Positions 7,327 to 15,686 of a stretch of DNA of 41,450 nt are shown piece after piece. The notes under the pieces were generated by a model. The model was not told where the DNA came from and did not search any database. It saw nothing but the letters and a program-made list of their open reading frames with translations. Source of the stretch: an uncultured Candidatus Bathyarchaeia archaeon (lineage in GTDB: Archaea > Thermoproteota > Bathyarchaeia > Bathyarchaeales > DTEX01); the NCBI GenBank assembly GCA_964411115.1, contig CAYPJR010000002.1, positions 1 to 41,450 of the forward strand, in the 5' to 3' direction. Positions within the stretch are counted from its first letter, which is position 1; each line of letters begins with the position of its first letter. Made by a program: the position numbers and the translations under genes.

Positions 7327-8136
7327 TCAGGTTTCAGTTGAAATCACCGTGCCATTTAAACCTTTTAGGGCGCCCGTTACAGGCTCATCCACTAATCCGC
7401 ATGCTATGATGGCTTCTTTAACACCTGATTCTAAAGCCTCGATTGATGCGATAACTTTCTTATCCATCCCTGAACCTATTTTCGACAAAATTTCTTTCGC
7501 ATCCTTTAGGGAGATCCTCCTTAAGTATTCTTCCCCCAATCTTATGCCCGGAACATCCGTTAAAAATATTATTTTATCAGCTTTTAACGCTCCGGCCAGT
7601 TGAGCAGCCGCCCTATCGCTGTCAACATTCAAATACTCATATTCTTCGCCTAAAGCTATTGGTGAAATAACCGGAACATATCCGTTTTCTATAAGAACTA
7701 TAAGTATCTGAGGGTTAACCCTATTGATCTTCCCAGTGTAGCCGCCTTCAATTAAACGTTTTCTACCTCTCTCATCAATTATGATCAGCTTCTTTTTTCT
7801 GCTCGCAATGAGAAGCGCTCCATCTATACCTGATAAGCCAACTGCCGGTATCCCGCAGCTTAAGAGCCACCTTACAATAGCCTTATTTATTCTGCCAGCC
7901 ATAACCATGGTGTATATTTCAACAGTCTCCTCATCCGTGTAGCGGCTTCGAATCCCCTCAGGCGACGTTATGAAAACCTGCTTCTTCCCGAGTTTTTCAG
8001 ATATTTCCGTAACCTCGTCTCCACCGCCATGAACTATAATTAACCTGCTGCTTTCCAGAATCTTTTTCACATCGTTGGCGAGCGCCCTGTTTAATCCTCC
8101 CCTAAATATGTCCCCACCAAACTTAAGAACTATCAT
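7327..8136 (-). CDS. lysZ: [LysW]-aminoadipate kinase / acetylglutamate kinase
   Basis: 269 aa amino-acid kinase fold: MIVLKFGG, VHGGG, and its position between lysY and lysJ. Confidence 0.85.
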   Translation of the reverse strand: MIVLKFGGDIFRGGLNRALANDVKKILESSRLIIVHGGGDEVTEISEKLGKKQVFITSPEGIRSRYTDEETVEIYTMVMAGRINKAIVRWLLSCGIPAVGLSGIDGALLIASRKKKLIIIDERGRKRLIEGGYTGKINRVNPQILIVLIENGYVPVISPIALGEEYEYLNVDSDRAAAQLAGALKADKIIFLTDVPGIRLGEEYLRRISLKDAKEILSKIGSGMDKKVIASIEALESGVKEAIIACGLVDEPVTGALKGLNGTVISTET

Positions 8137-8148
8137 TATGTATCACGC

Positions 8149-9201
8149 CTAGATTGGATGTAGGGCTGAGTAGCGTAGGCCTTCCCTTTCATCCCAGCCG
8201 CAAATAATGTTCATGTCTTGAACAGCGGTTCCAGCGGCGCCCTTCATAAGGTTGTCAATGGCTGAAAGTATGACAAGTCTACCCGCATGCTCATCCAGCT
8301 CGAAGCCTATATCGCAATAGTTTGAGCCCACGGTGATCTTCGGATCGGGATATCTGAATACCCCCTTAGTGTCACGAATAAACCTGATGAACGGCTCGCC
8401 GGAGTAAAACTCTCTGTATAGCCGCCAGACATCGATGGATGTAAGAGGCTCCTTGAGGAAAACATGGCATGTTGAGAGGATCCCCCTGACCATGTTTACG
8501 GCATGCGCCGACATAGAAATCTTAACTTTCTCACCGCATAATAGGCTTAGCTCCTGCTCTAACTCCGCCGTATGCCTATGGCCAACAGGCTTATATGGCC
8601 TAACAACGCTATAATGCTCCGAATGATGCGATGATAAGGAGGGCTTAGCGCCAGCCCCAGATGAGCCAATCTTAAAGTCAATGACGATTCTATCCTTCTC
8701 AATATTGCCGGATTTGACTATTGGCGCTAGGGCAATTATGCCGGCGGTGGCCATGCATCCTGGAACAGCGACGAGCTGAGCCCTTCTTATCTCTTCACGA
8801 TGGAGCTCAGGAAGCCCATAGACGGCTTTACTCAGTATTTCAGGACATTTATGGCTCCAACCATACCATTTCAGATAGTCCTCAGGGTTCTTAAGCCTAA
8901 AGTCAGCGCTGGTGTCAATTATTTTTATGCCGGAATCGAGAATCTGCGGTATGAAAGTTGAGGAAACCCCATGAGGCGTTGCCACAAATAGCAAATCGCA
9001 TAGATCAGCAACCTTTAAGGGGTCAGACTTAATAAACTTGAGGTTTGTCTGCCCCTTAAGGTTCGGATGGATCCTATGAACGTATTCCCCAGCGTATGTG
9101 TTTGATGTTGCAGCTGCAACCTCAACTTTCGGATGGTTCAGCAAGAGACGAAGTATCTCACCGCCAACGTATCCCGATGCTCCGAAAATACCTACCCTCA
9201 T
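8149..9201 (-). CDS. lysY: [LysW]-aminoadipyl-phosphate / N-acetyl-gamma-glutamyl-phosphate reductase
   Basis: 350 aa. MRVGIFGASGYVGGEILRLL Rossmann N-terminus and a PGC active-site Cys context. AGGTGAT SD lies 6 nt before the ATG. Confidence 0.85.
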   Translation of the reverse strand: MRVGIFGASGYVGGEILRLLLNHPKVEVAAATSNTYAGEYVHRIHPNLKGQTNLKFIKSDPLKVADLCDLLFVATPHGVSSTFIPQILDSGIKIIDTSADFRLKNPEDYLKWYGWSHKCPEILSKAVYGLPELHREEIRRAQLVAVPGCMATAGIIALAPIVKSGNIEKDRIVIDFKIGSSGAGAKPSLSSHHSEHYSVVRPYKPVGHRHTAELEQELSLLCGEKVKISMSAHAVNMVRGILSTCHVFLKEPLTSIDVWRLYREFYSGEPFIRFIRDTKGVFRYPDPKITVGSNYCDIGFELDEHAGRLVILSAIDNLMKGAAGTAVQDMNIICGWDEREGLRYSALHPI

Positions 9202-10061
9202 CTCTTCATCACCTTAATGGCGTACTCAATAATTTTTTCGGGGATATCAACCTTTGTTGCGGAAAATAGCCCTCTAAACTCAGGGGTATTATTAACTTCA
9301 TGTATGACTATTCCCTCCGGCGATTCCATGCAATCAACCGCTAAAACTCCGCCCCCAACGGCCCTAGAAGCCCTTATTGCCAAATCCTCAATTTCGCTGG
9401 TTATTGGGCACGGTTCTGTTCTTCCACCGCGGGCAACATTTGTTCTCCAATCGCCTTCAGCTGAGTAGCGATATGCTGCCGCCACAACTTCCTCTCCGAT
9501 CGTGAGTGTGCGTATATCCCTCGGAGGCCTCTTAACATACTCCTGGAGATAATATATTTGCATGAGGGAATTTTGCATCTCTTCTCTCGACTCGATGAGA
9601 GCTTGAGCTGAGTTTTTATCTCTAATTAGGGCTACAAGCCTTCCCCAACTTCCTATAACCGGTTTTAAAACAGCCGGATAGCCGAGAGCCTCAAGGGCTT
9701 TAAGGGCGCTGCTATCCGTGAACGCTATCAAGGTTCTTGGAACGGGAACGCCGGCTTTAATTAACGCTAGCGTTGTAAATAGCTTGTTGCCGCAGAGTAA
9801 AGAAACGTTGAAGGGGTTGATTACGTGAAGCCCGAAATTTTCTAATATGGCAGTTATATGCAGTCCTCTAAAGTAGCTTATGCAGCGTTGAAGGACAACG
9901 TTGCCGAAGATCTCTTCAATTTTCGCCGGATCTTCAAGAGTGTCAAAGCAGATCTCCTTTGAATCAACTATTTTCAAGTCTAATCCAAGCCGTTTTGAGG
10001 CATCTATTAGCATCTTCTCTTCCCATCGGATCCTATCATATACGAGTCCTATTTGATTCAT
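9198..10061 (-). CDS. lysX: RimK-type ATP-grasp ligase, alpha-aminoadipate--LysW ligase
   Basis: ATP-grasp (RimK/LysX) pattern directly downstream of lysW. I prefer the ATG at 10061, which has GAGG 5 nt upstream, over the TTG at 10082 that would overlap lysW. Confidence 0.8.
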   Translation of the reverse strand: MNQIGLVYDRIRWEEKMLIDASKRLGLDLKIVDSKEICFDTLEDPAKIEEIFGNVVLQRCISYFRGLHITAILENFGLHVINPFNVSLLCGNKLFTTLALIKAGVPVPRTLIAFTDSSALKALEALGYPAVLKPVIGSWGRLVALIRDKNSAQALIESREEMQNSLMQIYYLQEYVKRPPRDIRTLTIGEEVVAAAYRYSAEGDWRTNVARGGRTEPCPITSEIEDLAIRASRAVGGGVLAVDCMESPEGIVIHEVNNTPEFRGLFSATKVDIPEKIIEYAIKVMKR

Positions 10062-10069
10062 CTCCGCCT

Positions 10070-10264
10070 CTACTCGCCCCAATCCTCGCCCTCTATCTCA
10101 GCCGGCTTAAGGCTCACCGACCCGCCCTCATCCATCTTGACTTCTAAATCTAAGCCGCAGTCAGGGCAGCTGACAATCTCGCCTGAAATGACGTCTTCCG
10201 GGACTTCTATGTCCGCATCGCACTCAGGACATTTAAGCTTGAAGGCTTTCGCCCCCTTATCCAT
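10070..10264 (-). CDS. lysW: LysW amino-group carrier protein
   Basis: 64 aa from the internal ATG: CPECD...CPDCG zinc ribbon and the diagnostic C-terminal EDWGE. A TATA-like TTTATAAATA (10289-10298) lies 25-34 nt upstream, consistent with a near-leaderless mRNA. The hydrophobic 24-codon N-terminal extension in the ORF track is rejected. Confidence 0.9.
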   Translation of the reverse strand: MDKGAKAFKLKCPECDADIEVPEDVISGEIVSCPDCGLDLEVKMDEGGSVSLKPAEIEGEDWGE

Positions 10265-10288
10265 GCTCAATAGGAAAGATAATTTTTC

Positions 10289-10298
10289 TTTATAAATA
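10289..10298 (-). promoter_or_regulatory. TATA-box-like element for lysW
   Basis: TTTATAAATA lies 25-34 nt upstream of the lysW ATG (10264), in an AT-rich divergent intergenic region. Confidence 0.4.
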
Positions 10299-10360
10299 TT
10301 TCGGAAAACAAAAATAAACATTAATAAAAAAGTCATGAAAATGTTTTTATTTCAAAATGA

Positions 10361-10368
10361 TTTATATA
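10361..10368 (+). promoter_or_regulatory. TATA-box-like element for the Lrp/AsnC regulator gene
   Basis: TTTATATA lies 33-40 nt upstream of ATG 10401. Confidence 0.35.
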
Positions 10369-10400
10369 CATGATTTAGAATTTTTATTAATGAGAGAAAA

Positions 10401-10853
10401 ATGTCTTCAGAAATCGATGATGTAGATAGGGAAATACTGCGTATGCTCCAGGATGATGCCAGAATCTCATTCAAAAAGATCGCTGAAAAATTGAACGTAA
10501 GCGAAGCAACAATATTTGTACGCGTTAAGAAACTCTTAAAGAGAAAAATTATAAAGAGATTCACAGCGATAATTTCGCCTGAAACTCTCGGAAAGAACAT
10601 AACGGCGTTCGTCCTAATAAACGCTGATCCGAAAAAGCTGCAGAAGGTTCTTGAAACTCTAAGCAAGATTGATGATGTTTATGAGGTTTATGATGTAACC
10701 GGATCCTATTATGCTATAGTAAAGGTTCGAACCGAAGATCAGAATAAGCTCGCTAAGGTGATTGATGAAATAGGGCTGATTGACGGTGTTTTAAGCACTG
10801 AAACAGCGCTTGTTCTGAGAAGCATAAAGGAGGAGACAAGAATAAAACTATAA
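10401..10853 (+). CDS. Lrp/AsnC-family transcription regulator, divergent from lysW (LysM-like position)
   Basis: 150 aa. N-terminal HTH (DREILRMLQDDARISFKKIAEKLNVSEATIFVRVKKL) plus a C-terminal RAM/ACT-like domain. Confidence 0.85.
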   Translation: MSSEIDDVDREILRMLQDDARISFKKIAEKLNVSEATIFVRVKKLLKRKIIKRFTAIISPETLGKNITAFVLINADPKKLQKVLETLSKIDDVYEVYDVTGSYYAIVKVRTEDQNKLAKVIDEIGLIDGVLSTETALVLRSIKEETRIKL

Positions 10854-10893
10854 TAGGCTCATCCATCCTAGATTAAGCAAGATAACCGAGAAG

Positions 10894-11496
10894 GTGAAGG
10901 GGAAAATCAAGCACATAATAGTTATTACTGGAACACCGGGGGTTGGAAAGTCCTCAATCTCAAAGGCATTAGCGTCTAAAATTAATGCGCAAGTGATATC
11001 CATAAGTGAGCTGGTGAAGAAAGAGAAGCTTTACAGCGGCATTGATGAGAAAAGAGACACATTAATCGCAGATACAAAGAAGATCTCAAAGAGAATCAGC
11101 GAGATCATCTCTAAAGCGTCTACATCTACAGATATCATCGTTGAAGGACACTTCGCTGTGGACGTCGTACCGCTGGAAAAGATAGCGTTCGTCTTCGTCC
11201 TAAGAAGAAACCCTGAGGAACTGGAATATATTCTTAAAGAACGTTCATATAAGGAGGAAAAGATTAGGGAGAACCTCGCCGCTGAAATATTAGACGTATG
11301 TCTCTATGACTCTGTTAAAAAATGTGGTATCGATAAGGTATGTGAGATCGACGTAAGCTCTAGAAGCGTTGAGGATGTGGTTCAGGAAATCATAAGGGTT
11401 CTTAATGGCGAAGAGGAAAGAAAAGTTGGTGTTGTCGACTGGCTTGGAAAACTCGAGGCTGAGGGAAAGCTTGACAAGTATTTAAGGGACTTCTAA
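10894..11496 (+). CDS. Fap7/AK6-like nucleoside kinase (putative adenylate kinase / ribosome-maturation NTPase)
   Basis: 200 aa, GTG start. P-loop ITGTPGVGKSS near the N-terminus; size and layout fit archaeal Fap7 homologues. Confidence 0.6.
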   Translation: MKGKIKHIIVITGTPGVGKSSISKALASKINAQVISISELVKKEKLYSGIDEKRDTLIADTKKISKRISEIISKASTSTDIIVEGHFAVDVVPLEKIAFVFVLRRNPEELEYILKERSYKEEKIRENLAAEILDVCLYDSVKKCGIDKVCEIDVSSRSVEDVVQEIIRVLNGEEERKVGVVDWLGKLEAEGKLDKYLRDF

Positions 11497-11837
11497 AGAG
11501 CCCTCATTCCTCTTATAATATCTGACTTCGTAATTAATTTTATTCCCTTACGGCTCGCATATGCCCTAGCGTGCTCACTGAATTTGTTAGCTACCAGAAT
11601 TGGGTTGAAAAGCCCTATCTCCCGAGACGCTTTATCCACACCTATAACTACATTTACACCTACGGTTCTATTCCAATCCTTAATCCAGACTGGATAAACC
11701 TCGCTTCCCCTCCGTACTACAAAGTCGAATTTTCTCGCAGGCGCATCATTTTCTTCTTTACCAAACTCCTTATCTACCGTGTAGCCTCTCCTAACAAAGT
11801 ATCGCATCGCAAGTTTGATAAGCGAATGCTGGCTCAT
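11493..11837 (-). CDS. small PD-(D/E)xK (Mrr-cat/restriction-endonuclease-like) nuclease-fold protein
   Basis: 114 aa. The pattern RGYTV...FDFVV...VWIKDW...ILVANKFSEHARAYA...GIKLI resembles the minimal Mrr_cat core (D...(E/Q/V)xK). The assignment is by eye only. Confidence 0.4.
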   Translation of the reverse strand: MSQHSLIKLAMRYFVRRGYTVDKEFGKEENDAPARKFDFVVRRGSEVYPVWIKDWNRTVGVNVVIGVDKASREIGLFNPILVANKFSEHARAYASRKGIKLITKSDIIRGMRAL

Positions 11838-11887
11838 TCTTCCACGATAAAACGTTATTTAGGGGTTATGGTAGAAAAACCTTTTCA

Positions 11888-12949
11888 TCATTTTGATGTC
11901 TCTTTGCGGCTTCTATCCAGCAAATTTTTTACACCCATAAATTGAGCTATCATGTAGCCGATTATTATTTGAAGCCAAAAAGTTATAATTCTTATGAGTA
12001 ATGTTGCTGTTCCACTAATCGCTATTGGAACCCCCAGCAGCGCGTAAAGGCTCGTCATAACCACCTCAACTAAACCTAGCGGAAGAGCGATTGGCGTTGC
12101 CTGAACAGCCATGCTCACGGAGTAGACCACTATTGTTTCATAAACTTTTACGGATATATCGCTAAAGCCGAGGGCGTAGAAAACAAGGAAATATATGCTT
12201 AAATGGAAGAGCCATGCGATGAAACTGTAGCTTACGGATTTCATTAAAGCCTTAAAGTTTACCCCGAAAGATTTGAATCCATCAGAGAAATATGAGAGAT
12301 TACGCTGAGCTTTCTCTTTAATCTCTGAGAAGTTGAACCTTCTTTTAGTTAATAATTCAGCGGATCCTATTAAAAAGTTAATCAGCTTCTCAGCAGCATC
12401 CTCCTTTAATGATAAGTAAAGTAAAGTCGCTATTAGGAAAATCGAACCTGAAATCGTCGCAGACATTAAAAGAACTATTTCTGCGTCAACATTACGCTTC
12501 AAAATAAATAATGAAGAAAAAAGGAGGCTGCCCAAAGATATAAACGTTGTTATTATGCGATGCCCAGCCGCTGAAGCAATTATTTTTCCAGGCGGCTCTC
12601 CAGTTTCCCTATGGACAAGATAAACGCGGGCGATCTCCCCTGAGATGGTTTCGAACGGAACCACTAAATCCACAAATAGCCCTAGCCAGCAATAAATAAA
12701 TGATTTTTTAATGCTTATTTTTATCGATAGAGCCTTCATGAGCTCATTCCAGCTCATTGAATAGAACAGCGTACTTACTATTAGGGCGATAATGGTCAAC
12801 GAATAGCAGAGCAAATAGTCGTAAGGGTTGACCTGTCCGAAAACCTTGGCGATATCGTTAAAGCCAACAAAGAAATATAAATATAGGAGAAATATTAATG
12901 GTCCGGCAATAATGAATGCAACTAATGTTTTAGGCGTCCCTCTTTCCAT
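11888..12949 (-). CDS. polytopic membrane protein, UPF0104 / lysyl-phosphatidylglycerol-synthase-TM-region (flippase-like) family
   Basis: 353 aa with about 8 hydrophobic segments. The family-like motif is PFETISGEIARVYLV after the second or third TM. Confidence 0.5.
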   Translation of the reverse strand: MERGTPKTLVAFIIAGPLIFLLYLYFFVGFNDIAKVFGQVNPYDYLLCYSLTIIALIVSTLFYSMSWNELMKALSIKISIKKSFIYCWLGLFVDLVVPFETISGEIARVYLVHRETGEPPGKIIASAAGHRIITTFISLGSLLFSSLFILKRNVDAEIVLLMSATISGSIFLIATLLYLSLKEDAAEKLINFLIGSAELLTKRRFNFSEIKEKAQRNLSYFSDGFKSFGVNFKALMKSVSYSFIAWLFHLSIYFLVFYALGFSDISVKVYETIVVYSVSMAVQATPIALPLGLVEVVMTSLYALLGVPIAISGTATLLIRIITFWLQIIIGYMIAQFMGVKNLLDRSRKETSK

Positions 12950-13038
12950 GCTAAATCAATCAGAATTAACATTAATAAGTAAATAAATATAATGTGTTTA
13001 TGAGTTGCTGAAATTTACCGAACAAGCGCGGATCTTAT

Positions 13039-13731
13039 ATGGCTAAGGTAAGGGCTGTGATATTTGATTTAGACGACACCTTGATAAAATCTAAGATAAA
13101 TTACGAGGAGATGAAGAATACAATAATAGAGTTTCTGGAAAACGCTGGGGTTACACCTGGCCTCTTAAAAAAGAATATGCTAAACTTTGAGATAATCAGC
13201 ATGGCCAAAAAAGATCTGAGCGGAAAAATAAGGCAGAATGATATTGAAAAAATTTTCAGCAAAGTTAATGATATTATGAATGAGTTTGAGATGGAATCAT
13301 TAGGGAACGCTGAATTAATGGATGATGCCTTAAGCACTCTGGGGAGATTGAAAGATTTAGGGTTTAAAGTTGGCATCGTAACCAATGGATGCAGGGAGTA
13401 TGCTAAAGGAATAATGGAGAAATTTCGCCTAGGAAAGTATGTTGATGCCATCGTTGCCAGAGACGACGTGCTTAATCCTAAGCCTAACCCGGAGCATCTT
13501 CTACGTATCTTGGAGATACTAAATGTGCCGGTTGAAGAGGCAATCTTCATTGGAGACCATTTAATAGACGCGTTATGCGCCAAGAAGGTTGGAATTCCCT
13601 TCATTCTGCTACGTAATAGAATAGGCATTTTCAGAGAATCTGAAAAGATGTCGTATGCGACAATAGATAGTTTAAGGGAGATATTGCTTTTAATTCAGGG
13701 CGCAAAAGAGGAGACGCGAAACAATTATTAG
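13039..13731 (+). CDS. HAD-superfamily hydrolase (subfamily IA, phosphatase-like)
   Basis: Motif I FDLDDTL, motif II VTNG, and motif III/IV K...GDHLIDA. Confidence 0.8.
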   Translation: MAKVRAVIFDLDDTLIKSKINYEEMKNTIIEFLENAGVTPGLLKKNMLNFEIISMAKKDLSGKIRQNDIEKIFSKVNDIMNEFEMESLGNAELMDDALSTLGRLKDLGFKVGIVTNGCREYAKGIMEKFRLGKYVDAIVARDDVLNPKPNPEHLLRILEILNVPVEEAIFIGDHLIDALCAKKVGIPFILLRNRIGIFRESEKMSYATIDSLREILLLIQGAKEETRNNY

Positions 13732-13800
13732 TTTCCATCTTTCTTATAAGGTTAAAATGAAAGGCTATTTACGCCTTAAATTGTTCAGGTGCTTAAAATA

Positions 13801-14793
13801 ATGGAGTACGCTGTTGAAACATTTGATTTAACGAAGATATTTGAGAATAAGGAGAAAGGAGTTAAACGGCGCATTAAAGCAGTTGACCATGTAAATATTA
13901 AAGTTAAGAAGGGGGAGTTTTTCGGTCTTCTGGGACCTAACGGCGCTGGAAAAACAACCCTAATAAAGATGCTATGCACGATTATACTTCCAACTGAGGG
14001 AACAGCTAAAGTAAATGGGTATGACATAATTAAGGAGCCGCATAAAGTTAGAAGCAGCTTCGGATGGTTCCATGGCGAAACAGGAGGGCGGTCGCTCTAC
14101 TGGAGGCTTAACGCTGAAGATAACTTGAGATTTTACGCATACCTCCAGAATGTTCCTAAGGATATTGCTGAAAAAAGAATTAATGCCCTACTGGAATTCT
14201 TCGAATTAACTGAAGATAGGAAAAAGCTAGTTAAAGATTACTCAACCGGCATGAAGGTTAGGGTTATGCTCGCAAGAGCTCTACTTCATAATCCGCCGAT
14301 TCTATTCATGGATGAACCTACAATAGGGCTTGATACAATAAGCGCTGTTGAAACGAGGAGGCTTCTCAAGGCTTTAAATGCTGAATTGGGTAAAACAATA
14401 ATTTTCACAAGCCACAATATGTTTGAGGTTGAGCAACTCTGTGAGAGAATCGCCATAATGAAGGATGGAAAGATAATTGTTGACGCATCGCCCTCGGCTT
14501 TAAGAGATATGCTCCGCGACATACATGCCATAGAAGTGGAGATTAAAGAGGCTGACGATCTCAAGGGAATCGTTAAGATTTTAGGCGGGCTTCCAATAGT
14601 TAAACAAGTTATGGAAGTCAAAAATGACCCATATAATATTGTCATACGCCTACAGGTTGAAGATGAATATGATGCAATACCCATCGTAGCTAATAAACTA
14701 CATTCTATGAATGCTAAAGTCTTAGCGGTTAGGAGATCTGAGCCGACGCTTGAGGATATATTTGTAAAATTAACTAGGGAGGAAGCCGTGTGA
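13801..14793 (+). CDS. ABC transporter ATP-binding protein (ABC-2/DrrA-like) with a C-terminal extra domain
   Basis: Walker A GPNGAGKTT, signature YSTGMK, Walker B ILFMDEPT. The ATG at 13801 is preceded by AGGTG; the ORF track starts at GTG 13789. Confidence 0.9.
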   Translation: MEYAVETFDLTKIFENKEKGVKRRIKAVDHVNIKVKKGEFFGLLGPNGAGKTTLIKMLCTIILPTEGTAKVNGYDIIKEPHKVRSSFGWFHGETGGRSLYWRLNAEDNLRFYAYLQNVPKDIAEKRINALLEFFELTEDRKKLVKDYSTGMKVRVMLARALLHNPPILFMDEPTIGLDTISAVETRRLLKALNAELGKTIIFTSHNMFEVEQLCERIAIMKDGKIIVDASPSALRDMLRDIHAIEVEIKEADDLKGIVKILGGLPIVKQVMEVKNDPYNIVIRLQVEDEYDAIPIVANKLHSMNAKVLAVRRSEPTLEDIFVKLTREEAV

Positions 14794-15671
14794 AAATTGA
14801 GAATTTAATAGCCTTGTTTAAGGAGGATAAGCCCCGCATATCGTCTAATATTATTCATGTATGGGCTGTTTTCTGGGCTAACTTCAAAATCTTCTTATCA
14901 TACAAAACGTGGGTTATTACTGAAACCATAAGTACTGTGGCTTCAATAGCGATGTACTCCTTCATGGGTTTGCAGGTGGACGCTAGGCGTATAATCCTAG
15001 CTGGATATGGTGAGGTCAGCTGGCTGTCCTTCGCCCTTATTGGCGTAGCAACAGCGAACTATCTATGGATGTGCATAAGCAGATTAAGCCACTCGCTGCA
15101 GCATGAAATACGTGAGGGAACGCTTGAGCAGATTATCGCGTCGCTTATAGATATGAAGTCTTACATTATTGGTCAGTCGCTTAGGGGGTTCATTGTCAGC
15201 GGATATTTCATGCTTGGCGTAATGATCATCGGGGTTGCTGTATTAAATGTTCCATTGGTAATCAATTTAAGCACGGTTCTCTCTTTCATAATTATAATTC
15301 TGCTCATGGTTCTAAGCTACGCTGGAATAAGCATAATGGCATCCGGGCTGGTGCTAGTTTATAAGAAGGGTGATCCCCTCACTTTTCTATTCGCCAGCGT
15401 AACCGAGTTTCTAGGCGGAGTCCTGTTCCCGCTAAAATATCTTGAATCGTATCCGGCGCTTTGGACCATGGCGTGGTTAATGCCATATACCTACGCATTA
15501 GATGCCTCAAGGAGAATACTGCTAAATGGAGCGACGCTTTTTTCATCAGAAGTCTTAAAAAACGTTGCCATACTGATAATTTACGCCATCGTGTTCATCC
15601 CCATAGGTTTAAGGGTTTTCAGATGGGGGATCAATCGGATAAGATATGAGGGAACAGTTGCCACCTACTAG
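14790..15671 (+). CDS. ABC-2 type transporter permease (first of two)
   Basis: 293 aa, about 6 TM segments. The GTG start overlaps the ATPase stop (GTGA) and GGGAGG lies 7 nt upstream. Confidence 0.75.
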   Translation: MKIENLIALFKEDKPRISSNIIHVWAVFWANFKIFLSYKTWVITETISTVASIAMYSFMGLQVDARRIILAGYGEVSWLSFALIGVATANYLWMCISRLSHSLQHEIREGTLEQIIASLIDMKSYIIGQSLRGFIVSGYFMLGVMIIGVAVLNVPLVINLSTVLSFIIIILLMVLSYAGISIMASGLVLVYKKGDPLTFLFASVTEFLGGVLFPLKYLESYPALWTMAWLMPYTYALDASRRILLNGATLFSSEVLKNVAILIIYAIVFIPIGLRVFRWGINRIRYEGTVATY

Positions 15672-15686
15672 GGAGGTAATGCTTAA

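Noticed and set aside
10265-10336. 24-codon N-terminal extension of the LysW ORF (MTFLLMFIFVFRNIYKEKLSFLLS).
   Set aside because: LysW proteins are about 55-65 aa. The extension is hydrophobic, runs through the AT-rich promoter and includes the TATA-like element. The internal ATG at 10264 gives a canonical LysW.
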